Below are positions 12,891 through 26,076 of a stretch of DNA of 64,000 nucleotides, piece after piece. The position numbers and the translations under genes are program-made. The notes beneath the pieces were generated by a model. That model was given only the letters and a program-made list of their open reading frames with translations, was not told the origin of the DNA and ran no database searches. The stretch covers positions 9,734,001-9,798,000 of the forward strand of contig OZ024760.1 of NCBI GenBank assembly GCA_964016885.1, in the 5' to 3' direction. Every line of letters begins with the position of its first letter. Position 1 is the first letter of the stretch. Source of the DNA: Eledone cirrhosa. Lineage: Eukaryota.

Positions 12891-12982
12891 GTAATCACTG
12901 CAGCCCAGTCTTCACTACATCAGCTAGTCACCTCACACACTAACCTCTCCAACTACCTGGACGACAACATTATATGGTGCTC

Positions 12983-13862
12983 TGGCAGTGTTCGGTAGAG
13001 GGTCGGACGCCATGCTTTGACGCACAGAGTTACGGCCCTTGCCGTTCTGAGTTCAAATCCCGCCGAGGTTAACTTTGCCTTTAATCCTTACGAGGTCGAT
13101 AAAATAAAGTACCAGTAATACACTGGGGTAATTGCTGGCTTTGTGCCAAAAAAGTAGAGACAATTATTAGGGATTGCCTTTCATCCTTACGGGTTCAATA
13201 AAATAAAGTACCAGTAATGCACTGGGGTAATTGCTGGCCTTGTGCCAAAAAAGTAGAGACAATTATTAGGGATTGCCTTTCATCCTTACGGGTTCAATAA
13301 AATAAAGTACCAGTAATGCACTGGGGTAATTGCTGGCCTTGTGCCAAAAAAGTAGAGACAATTATTAGGGATTGCCTTTAATCCTTACGGGTTCAATAAA
13401 ATAAAGTACCAGTAATACACTGGAGAAATTGCTGGCTTTGTGCCAAAAAAGTAGAGACAATTATTAGGGATTGCCTTTCATCCTTACGGGTTCAATAAAA
13501 TAAAGTACCAGTAATGCACTGGAGTAATTGCTGGCCTTGTGCCAAAAAAGTAGAGACAATTATTAGGGATTGCCTTTCATCCTTACGGGTTCAATAAAAT
13601 AAAGTACCAGTAATGCACTGGGGTAATTGCTGGCCTTGTGCCAAAAAAGTAGAGACAATTATTAGGGATTGCCTTTAATCCTTACGGGTTCAATAAAATA
13701 AAGTACCAGTAATACACTGGAGAAATTGCTGGCTTTGTGCCAAAAAAGTAGAGACAATTATTATGGATTGCCTTTCATCCTTACGGGTTCGATAAAATAA
13801 AGTACCAGTAATACACCGGGGTAATTGCTGGCCTTGTGCCAAAAAAATAGAGACAATTATTA
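12983..13862 (+). mobile_element. SINE family A whose 3' part is amplified as 8 x 99-bp tandem units
   Basis: Single head at 12983-13076; GCCTTT anchor at 13077, 13176, 13275 ... 13770. Confidence 0.9.
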
Positions 13863-14013
13863 CGGAGTACACTTCTTTCTCTCACGCTGACGACTTTGTC
13901 TTTGGATTCGTTTTTTTTTTTTTATTATTATTATTCTTAGGTTTGTTTCTTGAAGCTAATTATATTAATTGGACATCGCATATTGTATATGGTAGAGCTG
14001 ATCACACACACTC

Positions 14014-14049
<36 letters not shown>

Positions 14050-14058
14050 ATATATATG

Positions 14059-14095
<37 letters not shown>

Positions 14096-14100
14096 ATATC

Positions 14101-14131
<31 letters not shown>

Positions 14132-14224
14132 TTAAATGTGTGTGTGTGTGAGTGTGTGCGTGTGTTTGTGTATATATATTTAAGTACAAATCAACAGGTT
14201 AGAATTTACTTCATTCATTTATTC

Positions 14225-14255
<31 letters not shown>

Positions 14256-14371
14256 GTTACATATATATATATATATAGATATATATAGTTACATATATAT
14301 ATATATATATACACACATATAGTTACATATATATATATATATATATATAGATATATATATACACATATAGT

Positions 14372-14409
<38 letters not shown>

Positions 14410-14429
14410 TATATATATACACATATAGT

Positions 14430-14489
<60 letters not shown>

Positions 14490-14800
14490 CACAGAGTGGG
14501 TGGAAAGAAACTGCCTATTAAAAATTACTTATATCTTTTGGCCTACTGCGACAACTTGGGACAATATCAATTACCTCATATTCATGCAAGATGAGCCCCT
14601 CATTATTTTGCATGCACTGTCCATGAGTGGCTTGATATCCAGTTTCCAGGATATAGGCTGGGTCACTGAAGTCCACATGAATGACCAGCAGGAAGCCCTG
14701 ATTTAACGCCATGCAATTTTTTCCAGTGAGGGTGAATGAAGGAAGAGGTTTATAGTTCAAAACTAAAACTCTGGCTCAGTTGTAGACACGCATTCATCAT
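14490..14800 (-). mobile_element. Decayed Tc1/mariner 3' end
   Basis: TA-CACAGAGTG terminus; minus-strand QCMQNNEG.HL-like transposase C-terminal motif. Confidence 0.4.
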
Positions 14801-14845
14801 GTAAAATGTTAAAACTGTTTTGTACTTCTTCTATTATACTGTTCA

Positions 14846-16034
14846 AAATAATTGTTTATACTTTTTGGCACAAGGCCAGCAATAACCCAGTGCATTACTG
14901 GTACTTTATTTTATCGACCCCGTAATAATTGTTTCTACTTTTTGGCACAAGGCCAGCAATTACTCAGTACATTACTAGTACTCTTTTACTCTTTTACCTG
15001 TTTCAGCCATCCGGCTGAGGCCATGCTGGGGCACCGCCCTTGTACTTTATTTTATCGACCCCGTAATAATTGTTTCTACTTTTGACACAAGGCCAGCAAT
15101 TACTCCAGTACATTACTGGTACTTTATTTTATCGACCCCGTAATAATTGTTTCTACTTTTTGACACAAGGCCAGCAATTACCCCAGTACATTACTGGTAC
15201 TTTATTTTATCGACCCCGTAATAATTGTTTCTACTTTTTGACACAAGGCCAGCAATTACCCCAGTACATTACTGGTACTTTATTTTATCGACCCCGTAAT
15301 AATTGTTTCTACTTTTTGACACAAGGCCAGCAATTACCCCAGTACATTACTGGTACTTTATTTTATCGACCCCGTAATAATTGTTTCTACTTTTGACACA
15401 AGGCCAGCAATTACTCCAGTACATTACTGGTACTTTATTTTATCGACCCCGTAATAATTGTTTCTACTTTTTGACACAAGGCCAGCAATTACCCCAGTAC
15501 ATTACTGGTACTTTATTTTATCGACCCCGTAATAATTGTTTCTACTTTTTGACACAAGGCCAGCAATTACCCCAGTACATTACTGGTACTTTATTTTATC
15601 GACCCCGTAATAATTGTTTCTACTTTTTGGCACAAGGCCAGCAATTACCCCAGTACATTACTGGTACTTTATTTTATCGACCCTGTAATAATTGTTTCTA
15701 CTTTTGGCACAAGGCCAGCAATTACTCCAGTGCATTACTGGTACTTTATTTTACTGACCCCGTAATAATTGTTTCTACTTTTGACACAAGGCCAGCAATT
15801 ACTCCAGTACATTACTGGTACTTTATTTTACTGACCCCGTAATAATTGTTTCTACTTTTGGCACAAGGCCAGCAATAACCCAGTACATTACTGGTACTTT
15901 ATTTTATCGACCCCGTAATGATAAAAGGCAAAGTTGACCTCGGCGAGGTTTGAACTCAGAATGGAAAGGGCCGTAACTCTATGCATCAAAGCATGGTGTC
16001 TGACTCTCTACCGATACTGCCAGGCCACCGCCCT
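14846..16034 (-). mobile_element. SINE family A with about 13 tandem 77-78-bp copies of its 3' tail
   Basis: Head at about 15920-16034 on minus; unit ATAATTGTTTCTACTTTTTGACACAAGGCCAGCAATTACCCCAGTACATTACTGGTACTTTATTTTATCGACCCCGTA. Confidence 0.9.
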
Positions 16035-16053
16035 CTGTTCAAAATAAGGCATA

Positions 16054-16402
16054 TACGAGGTGTGTCAGAAAAGTTCCAGGACTGATGGCACAAAAGATTT
16101 ATTTCAAACCCAAACTTCACACTAAGAGTTTTCTCCTTCAAAGTAATCCCCCTGGAGTATGTAACTGTAATCTTAGCTCTCTGCAGTGATCAAACTTTTT
16201 TCTTCATAATTTTATACACATGTCCTCTGTTTCAGGTCGTCAAGCAATGAGCACAGAGCAACGAACAAACTTGAAGTTTCTGGTACGGTTGGGGAAAACT
16301 CCGTCAGAAGCACTGGGATTGCTGCAGCAAGTGTATGGAGATGAGACGTTGTCACGCCCACGTGCTTTTGAGTGTTACAAGAGGTTTAAGGAGGGACGCG
16401 AG
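16054..16402 (+). mobile_element. Mariner transposon 5' fragment
   Basis: TA-CGAGGTGTGTCAGAAAAGTTCC TIR; MSTEQRTNLKFLVRLGKTPSEA...VYGDETLSRPRAFECYKRFKEGRE mariner HTH; truncated by a SINE. Confidence 0.9.
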
Positions 16403-16595
16403 TGGAATGATAGGGACCCCAGTCCCTATCATCTCATTTCTACAGCTGAGTAAACTGGAACAACATGAAATAAAGTGTCTTGCTCAAGGAGACAACACAC
16501 AGCCTGGTTCGGGAATCAAACTCACAACCTCATGATTGTAGTCTTTTCTTTTCATTAATATTTTCACTATGCCCCCCCCCCCCCACCCCCACCAC

Positions 16596-16624
16596 ATATA
16601 TATATATATGTAAGTATGTATATG

Positions 16625-16655
<31 letters not shown>

Positions 16656-16746
16656 TTATATATGTATGTATGTATGTATATATGTATGTATGTATATATA
16701 TATGTATGTATATATATATGTATGTATATATATATGTATGTATATA

Positions 16747-16782
<36 letters not shown>

Positions 16783-16787
16783 TGTAT

Positions 16788-16843
<56 letters not shown>

Positions 16844-16867
16844 TATGTACATATATATATATTTATA

Positions 16868-16904
<37 letters not shown>

Positions 16905-17064
16905 CATATATATGTATGTATATGTATATATATATTTATATATATATTATATATACATATATATATGCATATATATATATATTTATATATATACATATAT
17001 ACATACATATATATATATATATTATGGAATACTGTTGGCTTCTTGCTACAATAATTTCTATACT

Positions 17065-17120
<56 letters not shown>
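16596..17120. repeat. (TA)n/(TATG)n microsatellite field
   Basis: Direct inspection. Confidence 0.95.
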
Positions 17121-17126
<6 letters not shown>

Positions 17127-17854
17127 TCAGGTTATCAATAATGTAGTGATAATATATCGTTACGTTAGAGATGAACAGCGTACGTGCAGGTTTGCTCAAC
17201 GAGTATAAATTATATTCCGGAGAAATGTAGAAAGGATGAATATAAAATGAAAGTGCTTTTGTTAAAAAAGGAATTTATTAGGTATTGACATATGTTTCTG
17301 TAACAGACCGAATACCTATGTATCGCTGCTTGCGTAATCATATAATGTTAGCAAGTATTCGATAGCAAATGTATAATCAGTTGTCACTTCTTCAGAGATT
17401 TTGGATAAACTGGATAAAATCAGAAAAATTGAAGTATTTATATTAGTAAAAGAGGAAGGAACAGAGGGGATAGAATATGACAGATGGTAAAATAATTTAC
17501 TGCTAAACAAGTATATAATGGGTTTTTAATGAGAATACCATGAGTAAATCTAAATAAGAATTTTGGGAGTGCCGATTTTAATCTCTACTTGACCAACTGG
17601 ACAGTGGACAGGGCTGGTCATTTGGTGCAGTAGTATTAATCATAAAGTGTCAATTTTTCTGATTTTATCCAGTTTATCCAAAATCTCTGAAGAAGTGAAA
17701 ACTGATTATACATTTGCTATCGAATACTTGCTAACATTATATGATTACGCAAGCAGCGATACATAGGTATTCGGTCTGTTACAGAAACATATGTCAATAC
17801 CTAATAAATTCCTTTTTTAACAAAAGCACTTTCATTTTATATTCATCCTTTCTA
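17121..17854. mobile_element. Fold-back element with 205-bp inverted arms and degenerate hammerhead motifs
   Basis: Arms 17228-17432 and 17650-17854; TAGGTATT...GAAA-CATATG-TC-AATACCTA at 17764-17803 lacks CTGANGA; flanked by (TA)n. Confidence 0.7.
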
Positions 17855-18584
17855 TATATATATATATATATATATATATGCATGTAAATATCTGTAGGCA
17901 GGACATAGTTAAAAAACTTTTAATAGATCATGATCCTCACCTCAGCAGGTGACCAAGTGACCAAGTAGCAATCATTGACCTAAATACTGAAAACTAAGAC
18001 ATTTTTCATAACAAAAAAATACAGAAGTTCCAAAATTAATATATTGTATTTATTATCTAAATAATAAAATGGAGAGATGGAATATAATGACTTTACTTAT
18101 AGATGTCCAAGTCCTGCTGAGAAGATAGTGAAGAGAAGATATTGAAAGAAGATATGAAACTGGGGAATATGGCTGAGAGGATAATTGGAATGTAGCTAAG
18201 AGAAAGTAATCTTCAGTGAAAGAAAGAATAAAGATAGAAAAGTTAAAAGGAATAGAATGCAGGCTGGTGTATTTGTTTGTTGAATAAAGGGATTCTGGTA
18301 AAATGGGTTGAAATTAAGTAAAATATTAATCAATGGTCACATACAATCCACTGAAAATGGAGTGGTCGGTTGAAAAGGAAAGGGATTTTTTTTTTTTTTT
18401 TTTTGCAGGGGTGGGGTTTCATTGATTGAAATATTCTATTCTTCGTGTCAAATGGCAGCAGATGTGACTGTGTGTTTAACTGGTAAAGTCCTGTACCACA
18501 TGAATTGCAGCCCACTGTAGCACGTCTCATGTTTGTCTTGATTGGTGGAGTAGATTTGGGGGGAGGGGGCGGGGGTCAGGGCGT

Positions 18585-19210
18585 GGGCTGTGTTTTCATG
18601 TGCATTTGTGTAGGTATGTGTGTGTGTGCATGGCTGTGTGTGGGTGTGTGTGTGTTTATGTATATTTTTATGGATATGTATGCAGGCGGGTGTGTGTGCA
18701 TTTGTGTGTGTGTGTGGCTGTGTGTGGGTATGTGTGTGCATGGCTGTGTGTGGCTGTGGGTGTGTGCATTTGTGTGTGTGTGGCTGTGTGTGGGTATGTG
18801 TGTGCATGGCTGTGTGTGGGTGTGTGTGTGCATTTGTGTGTGTGTGGCTGTGTGTAGCTGTGTGTGGGTATGTGTGTGCATGGCTGTGTGTGGGTGTGTG
18901 TGTGCATTTGTGTGTGTGTGGGTATGTGTGTGTGCATGGCTGTGTGTGGGTGGGTGTGTGTTTATGTATATTTTTATGGATATGTATGTAGGTCGGTGTG
19001 TGCATTTGTGTGTGTGTGGGTATGTGTGTGCATGGCTGTCTGTGGGTGTGTGTGTGTTTATGTATATTTTTATGGATATGTATGCAGGTGGGTGTGTGTG
19101 CATTTGTGTGTGTGTGGCTGTGTGTGTGTGTGTGGCTGTGTGTGTGTGTGTGGCTGTGTGTGGGTCTGTGGCTGTGCGTGGGTTGGTGTAGTTGTGTGTA
19201 TGTGTGTGTG
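18585..19210. repeat. TG-rich compound repeat
   Basis: Reiterated GTGTGCATGGCTGTGTGTGG / GCATTTGTGTG modules. Confidence 0.9.
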
Positions 19211-19642
19211 AAAGCAACCATAGACACAATGTATACACAGCTACATCCCTACATGGGCGGGTGCACTGCATGTGAACAGGTCACACATGTAAATAGCGCA
19301 ATCACAATACCCGACCCCTAGCAAACACACACAGCACCCTCTGCCCTCTCCACCCCTACCACAGCTCCAGTTTGCCCCCAGTTTGCCCCCATCTGAAGAT
19401 CTACAACTAGTCTACCTCTCACCCCTATTATCTGACAGGTACACAGCGGGTCTGCACATGCAGACCAAAATCACTCCCGCATACAGTATATACACACACA
19501 CGTATACACCCACACTACTAGACTGAGAATGCAAACACACACAGCAATTAGTCCTAATTAAGTCAAAGATGAGAGGGGCATGGATGGCCACATTCACACA
19601 ACATCATATATATAGGGGGGGGGGGGAACACCCATACAAAAA

Positions 19643-19847
19643 TACGAGGATCTGCTGAAAGGTTCATAGACTAACTATGAAGGAACGATGCTAGAGCTGT
19701 GAAATCTTGCACATATTAATTTCAACTCTTTTTATTAATAACTGCATTGTTTCTTTCCAGGGGGGACTATGTTGAAAAGTAAATATCATTTGGTCATTCC
19801 ATGAGAGTATCTTGGTCAGCCTATGAACTTTTCAGGTGACCCTCATA
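19643..19847. mobile_element. Mariner-derived MITE
   Basis: TA-flanked TIRs CGAGGATCTGCTGAAAGGTTCATAG / CTATGAACTTTTCAGGTGACCCTCA; partial tandem copies at 42334-42654. Confidence 0.8.
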
Positions 19848-19865
19848 GTAATAGTAACAATGGCA

Positions 19866-20058
19866 AATAATTGTTTCTACTTTTTGGCACAAGGCCAGCA
19901 ATTACCCCAGTGCATTACTGGTACTTTATTTTATCGACCCCCGTAAGGTTGAAAGGCAAAGTCAACCTCGGCGGGATTTGAACTCAGATCGTAAAGGGAC
20001 GTAACTATGCTGGAAAGCATGGGACCCGACCCTCTACCGATACTACCAATCCACCGCA
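19866..20058 (-). mobile_element. SINE family A, full length
   Basis: Reverse complement of the 45904-46099 copy. Confidence 0.85.
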
Positions 20059-20139
20059 ACTAATGGTAATAATGGATTCTGATTTAGGCACAAGACCATC
20101 AATTTTGGGGGAAGGGAAAGTCAATTAAATCAACCCCCT

Positions 20140-20660
20140 TGTTCAAATTTTCCATCGAAAGATCTGCCCTTGTTTGTTGCTGATCTGAGGGCAACCGCTT
20201 TGGGACCCATTGAGCAGAAAGCTTGCTCAGCCTCAAACCCTCCACCATAATTGTGTGTGCAGAGCCCATGGATATGTTGAAAGTGTCGGCTACTGGTTCA
20301 GGGGTTAGTCACCTATTCTTTCCAATTAGGTTGCGAACAGCATCAATGTTTTCCACACAGACTGACATGGATGGCCTGCCACTGCAGGGATCATCTTCAA
20401 CCTCATCTCTTCCACTTCTAAAACAACTTATCCATTTGTAGGCTGTTGATTTCTTTGGGGCATTGTCCCCCATAAACCTGCTCCAGAGTGCCAATGATTT
20501 GGCTGTTCCTCCACCCTAGCTTCACCATGAACTTGATGCTTGTCCTGGCCTCAATTTTGATGGAGGACATGCTGCTTGAGTGGGTGCTTACTTCTGACTG
20601 GCAGTGCCATGTTACAACATGGATTTAAGGGTTCATGTTAAAACATGTTATGACACGTTA
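20140..20660 (-). mobile_element. Decayed mariner transposase N-terminal fragment
   Basis: GDNAPKKSTAYKWISCFRSGRDEVEDDPCSGRPS...ENIDAVRNLI...R motif. Confidence 0.85.
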
Positions 20661-20982
20661 GTACAAGGACGTACAGCTGCATTGAGATCAACATCCCAGC
20701 ATATGATGTTTAGCTATGTACTTTTTCTACAAACATTGTGAAGCTCTGGTCTTAGATAATATGACAGACTAATGAGAGACGAAGACAGACAGACAGACTA
20801 TCTTAATTATAGTCTAACTAATTAGACAGAGACCAAGGTTCGTCAGACTAATGACATTCAAAGATTTCCTGATAAAGACAAAGTTGAAGATTCTTTAATG
20901 ACAAAAACAAACAACAAGTTTTCTGTTTATCACATGACATTCACTAATGTTACGACATAATGTACTTAATGTTGGACAGTGG

Positions 20983-21600
20983 CATCATCATCACTACCAC
21001 CATCATCACTACCATCATCATCACTACCACCATCATCACTGCCATCATCATCACTACCACCATCATCACTACCACCATCATCACTACCACCATCATCACT
21101 GCCATCATCATCACTACCATCATCATCACTACCACCATCATCACTACCACCATCACCACTACCACCATCATCACTACCACCATCATCACTACCATCATCA
21201 TCACTACCACCATCATCACTGCCATCATCATCACTACCACCATCATCACTACCACCATCATCACTACCACCATCATCACTACCACCATCATCACTACCAC
21301 CATCATCACTACCACCATCATCACTACCATCATCATCACTACCACCATCATCACTGCCACCATCATCACTACCACGATCATCACTACCACCATCATCACT
21401 ACCACCATCATCACTACCACCATCATCACTACCACCATCATCACTACCACCATCATCACTACCACCATCATCACTGCCATCATCATCACTACCACCATCA
21501 TCACTACCACCATCATCACTACCATCATCATCACTACCACCATCATCACTACCATCATCATCACTACCATCATCATCACTACCACCATCATCACTATCAT
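20983..21600. repeat. 15-bp minisatellite (CATCATCACTACCAC)n
   Basis: About 41 units; explains the poly-His/DDGGS ORFs. Confidence 0.95.
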
Positions 21601-21744
21601 CACTATCATCATTATTATCATTGTACCAGTAATGCATTGGGTGATTGCTGGCCTTGTGCCTAAAGTAGAAACAATTATTATCATTGTCATCATCGTCATC
21701 GCCACCGCCACCACCACCACCACCACCACCATAATCATCACCAC

Positions 21745-21803
<59 letters not shown>

Positions 21804-21892
21804 GCATAAACATGTACCTCATCATCGCCATCACTATCCTCATCACCATCATTGCTGTTGTCATCATCATGGGTTTATTATTGATAATTTAA

Positions 21893-21980
21893 TTCAATGT
21901 AGAGGTAGGAGTTCATCAAGGCTCAGTCCTCAGCCCACGCCTGTTTATCATAGTTCTCCAGGCCATAACAGAAGTGTTTA
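21893..21980 (+). mobile_element. RTE LINE reverse-transcriptase fragment
   Basis: FNVEVGVHQGSVLSPRLFIIVLQAITEVF (QG-xx-LSP RT motif). Confidence 0.8.
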
Positions 21981-24865
21981 ACACTGCATCCTTTAAAACC
22001 TCCACGGAACAAACTACCTGCATCAGTTGTTAGCTGTCGAGACACTGCATCCTTTAAGGCCTCCATGGAACAAACTGCCTGCGTCAGTTGTTAGCTGTCG
22101 AGACACTGCATCCTTTAAAACCTCCATGGAACAAACTCCCTGCATCAGTTGTTAGCTGTCGAGACACTGCATCCTTTAAAACCTCCATGGAACAAACTAC
22201 CTGCATCAGTTGTTAGCTGTCGAGACACTGCATCCTTTAAACCCTCCATGGAACAAACTGCCTGCGTCAGTTGTTAGATGTCGAGACACTGCATCCTTTA
22301 AGGCCTCCATGGAACAAACTGCCTGCGTCAGTTGTTAGCTGTCGAGACACTGCATCCTTTAAAACCTCCATGGAACAAACTACCTGCATCAGTTGTTAGC
22401 TGTCGAGACACTGCATCCTTTAAGGCCTCCATGGAACAAACTGCCTGCGTCAGTTGTTAGCTGTCGAGACACTGCATCCTTTAAGGCCTCCATGGAACAA
22501 ACTGCCTGCGTCAGTTGTTAGCTGTCGAGACACTGCATCCTTTAAAACCTCCATGGAACAAACTACCTGCATCAGTTGTTAGCTGTCGAGACACTGCATC
22601 CTTTAAAACCTCCATGGAACAAACTACCTGCTTCAGTTGTTAGATGTCGAGACACTGCATCCTTTAAAACCTCCATGGAACAAACTCCCTGTATCAGTTG
22701 TTAGCTGTCGAGACACTGCATCCTTTAAGGCCTCCATGGAACAAACTGCCTGCGTCAGTTGTTAGCTGTCGAGACACTGCATCCTTTAAAACCTCCATGG
22801 AACAAACTACCTGCATCAGTTGTTAGCTGTCGAGACACTGCATCCTTTAAAACCTCCATGGAACAAACTACCTGCTTCAGTTGTTAGATGTCGAGACACT
22901 GCATCCTTTAAAACCTCCATGGAACAAACTCCCTGTATCAGTTGTTAGCTGTCGAGACACTGCATCCTTTAAGGCCTCCATGGAACAAACTGCCTGCGTC
23001 AGTTGTTAGCTGTCGAGACACTGCATCCTTTAAAACCTCCATGGAACAAACTACCTGCATCAGTTGTTAGCTGTCGAGACACTGCATCCTTTAAAACCTC
23101 CATGGAACAAACTACCTGCATCAGTTGTTAGCTGTCGAGACACTGCATCCTTTAAAACCTCCATGGAACAAACTACCTGCATCAGTTGTTAGCTGTCGAG
23201 ACACTGCATCCTTTAAAACCTCCATGGAACAAACTACCTGCTTCAGTTGTTAGATGTCGAGACACTGCATCCTTTAAAACCTCCACGGAACAAACTACCT
23301 GCATCAGTTGTTAGCTGTCGAGACACTGCATCCTTTAAGGCCTCCATGGAACAAACTGCCTGCGTCAGTTGTTAGCTGTCGAGACACTGCATCCTTTAAA
23401 ACCTCCATGGAACAAACTACCTGCATCGTTGTTAGCTGTCGAGACACTGCATCCTTTAAAACTACCATGGAATAAACTCCCTGCATCAGTTGTTAGCTGT
23501 CGAGACACTGTATCCTTTAAAACCTCCATGGAAGAAACTCCCTGCATCAGTTGTTAGCTGTCGAGACACTGCATCCTTTAAAACCTCCATGGAACAAACT
23601 ACCTGCTTCAGTTGTTAGATGTCGAGACACTGCATCCTTTAAAACCTCCATGGAACAAACTACCTGCATCGTTGTTAGCTGTCGAGACACTGCATCCTTT
23701 AAAACTACCATGGAATAAACTCCCTGCATCAGTTGTTAGCTGTCGAGACACTGTATCCTTTAAAACCTCCATGGAACAAACTCCCTGCATCAGTTATTAG
23801 CTGTCGAGACACTGCATCCTTTAAAACCTCCATGGAAGAAACTCCCTGCATCAGTTGTTAGCTGTCGAGACACTGCATCCTTTAAAACCTCCATGGAACA
23901 AACTACCTGCATCAGTTGTTAGCTGTCGAGACACTGCATCCTTTAAAACCTCCATGGAACAAACTCCCTGCATCAGTTGTTAGCTGTCGACACACTGCAT
24001 CCTTTAAAACCTCCATGGAACAAACTCCCTGCATCAGTTGTTAGCTGTCGAGACACTGCATCCTTTAAAACCTCCATGGAACAAACTACCTGCATCAGTT
24101 GTTAGCTGTCGAGACACTGCATCCTTTAAAACCTCCATGGAACAAACTACCTGCATCAGTTGTTAGCTGTCGAGACACTGCATCCTTTAAAACCTCCATG
24201 GAACAAACTCCCTGTATCAGTTGTTAGCTGTCGAGACACTGCATCCTTTAAAACCTCCACGGAACAAACTACCTACATCAGTTGTTAGCTGTCGAGACAC
24301 TGCATCCTTTAAAACCTCCATGGAACAAACTACCTGCATCAGTTGTTGGCTGTCGAGACACTGCATCCTTTAAAACCTCCATGGAACAAACTGCCTGCGT
24401 CAGTTGTTAGCTGTCGAGACACTGTATCCTTTAAAATCTCCATGGAACAAACTCCCTGCATCAGTTGTTAGCTGTCGAGTCACTGCATCTTTTAAAACCT
24501 CCATGGAACAAACTCCCTGCATCAGTTATTAGCTGTCGAAACACTGCATCCTTTAAAACCTCCATGGAACAAACTACCTGCATCAGTTGTTAGCTGTCGA
24601 GACACTGCATCCTTTAAAACCTCCATGGAACAAACTGCCTGCGTCAGTTGTTAGCTGTCGAGACACTGCATCCTTCAAAACCTCCATGGAACAAACTGCC
24701 TGTGTCAGTTGTTAGCTGTCGAGACACTGCATCCTTCAAAACCTCCATGGAACAAACTGCCTGCGTCAGTTGTTAGCTGTCGAGACACTGCATCCTTTAA
24801 AACCTCCATGGAACAAACTCCCTGCGTCAATTGTTAGCTGTCGAGACACTGCATCCTTTAAAACC
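21981..24865 (+). repeat. 61-bp satellite (about 47 units) derived from a CR1/L2-type LINE C-terminus
   Basis: Unit encodes WNKLPASVVSCRDTASFKT; last unit runs into the LINE stop and 3'UTR. Confidence 0.9.
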
Positions 24866-25062
24866 CTCATGCTTCCCGAAATTCGCCAAAACTACACCTG
24901 ATGTCCCCCTTCCATACACACATACACATGCACACATGTGTATATCATGACTCATGCACTGTTTATTTTCCTGACGTTTGTACATTATTCTATGTACTAT
25001 ACATGCACTTTTGATGAGTTGTAGTGCACCTGAGCACTGTACACAATACTTTCATTATTATA
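24806..25062 (+). mobile_element. CR1/L2-like LINE 3' end
   Basis: WNKLPASIVSCRDTASFKTLMLPEIRQNYT* then 3'UTR ending in (ATT)n. Confidence 0.65.
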
Positions 25063-25296
25063 TAGATTATTATATGCAAATGATATGCATAAAAATAATA
25101 GAAGTGTTTGACTAGTAGCGAGTGAGGAATGCAGTGCCTGCTGGCGCTAGGAGATGGAAGAGGACAATAGTAAAATGGTACCAAGGTGTGTTTGTGGCAG
25201 AGATGGTAGGTTACTTTAGACTGTATTACTGCGGCATATAATTGTTATGGTGGCAGTGTGAGGTCATGGTTGATGATCAGAACTGAAGGTTGATGT

Positions 25297-25892
25297 CATC
25301 ATCACCATCATCACCATTGTCATCATTATCACCACCACCACCACCACCATCATCTGTAGTGTACCATTTACCACCACCACTACCACGACTACCCACCAAC
25401 ACCACCACTACCCCCCTCACACCACCACCACCATAACCACCACCACCACGAACCCACCACCAGTACCACCACCATCACCACCACCACCACCATCACCACC
25501 ACCACCACCATCACCACCACCACCACTAGCACTACCATCACCACTACCACCACTACCACCACCACCACTACCCACCAACCCACCACTACCACCAACCCAC
25601 CACTACCACCACCACCACTACCCACCACCACCACCAGTACCACCACCATCACCACCACCACCACCAGTACCACCACTACCCCCACTACCACCACTACCAC
25701 CACCACCACTACCACCATAACCACCACCACTACCACCACCACTACCACCACCACTACCACCACTACTACCACCACTACCCACCACTACCCACCACCACCA
25801 CAACCACTACCACCACTACCACACACACACACACATCACCACCACCACCACCACCGCCACCACCACCACCACCACCACTACCACCACCCCCC
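25297..25892. repeat. (ACC)n-type tract
   Basis: Direct inspection. Confidence 0.95.
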
Positions 25893-26076
25893 AGGCTTTA
25901 ACACTTCTACTAACTACCAGAAATGGAGGTTTGGCATCTATTTTTAGACCAAAGACAGTCTGAAGAAATCAATAGCCTCAGTAAAGCCCTGATCAATATT
26001 TTCGTTAATGTCTGCCTGACATTTCACTGGTGAATTATTCAAATATTACGTGAAGAAGGCAAAGAATTTTGGTAAA

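Noticed and set aside
12260-12956. Similar peptides DWAAVI and DWVAII on either side of the GGT tract (minus)
   Set aside because: Frames contain stops and the match is too short to be significant
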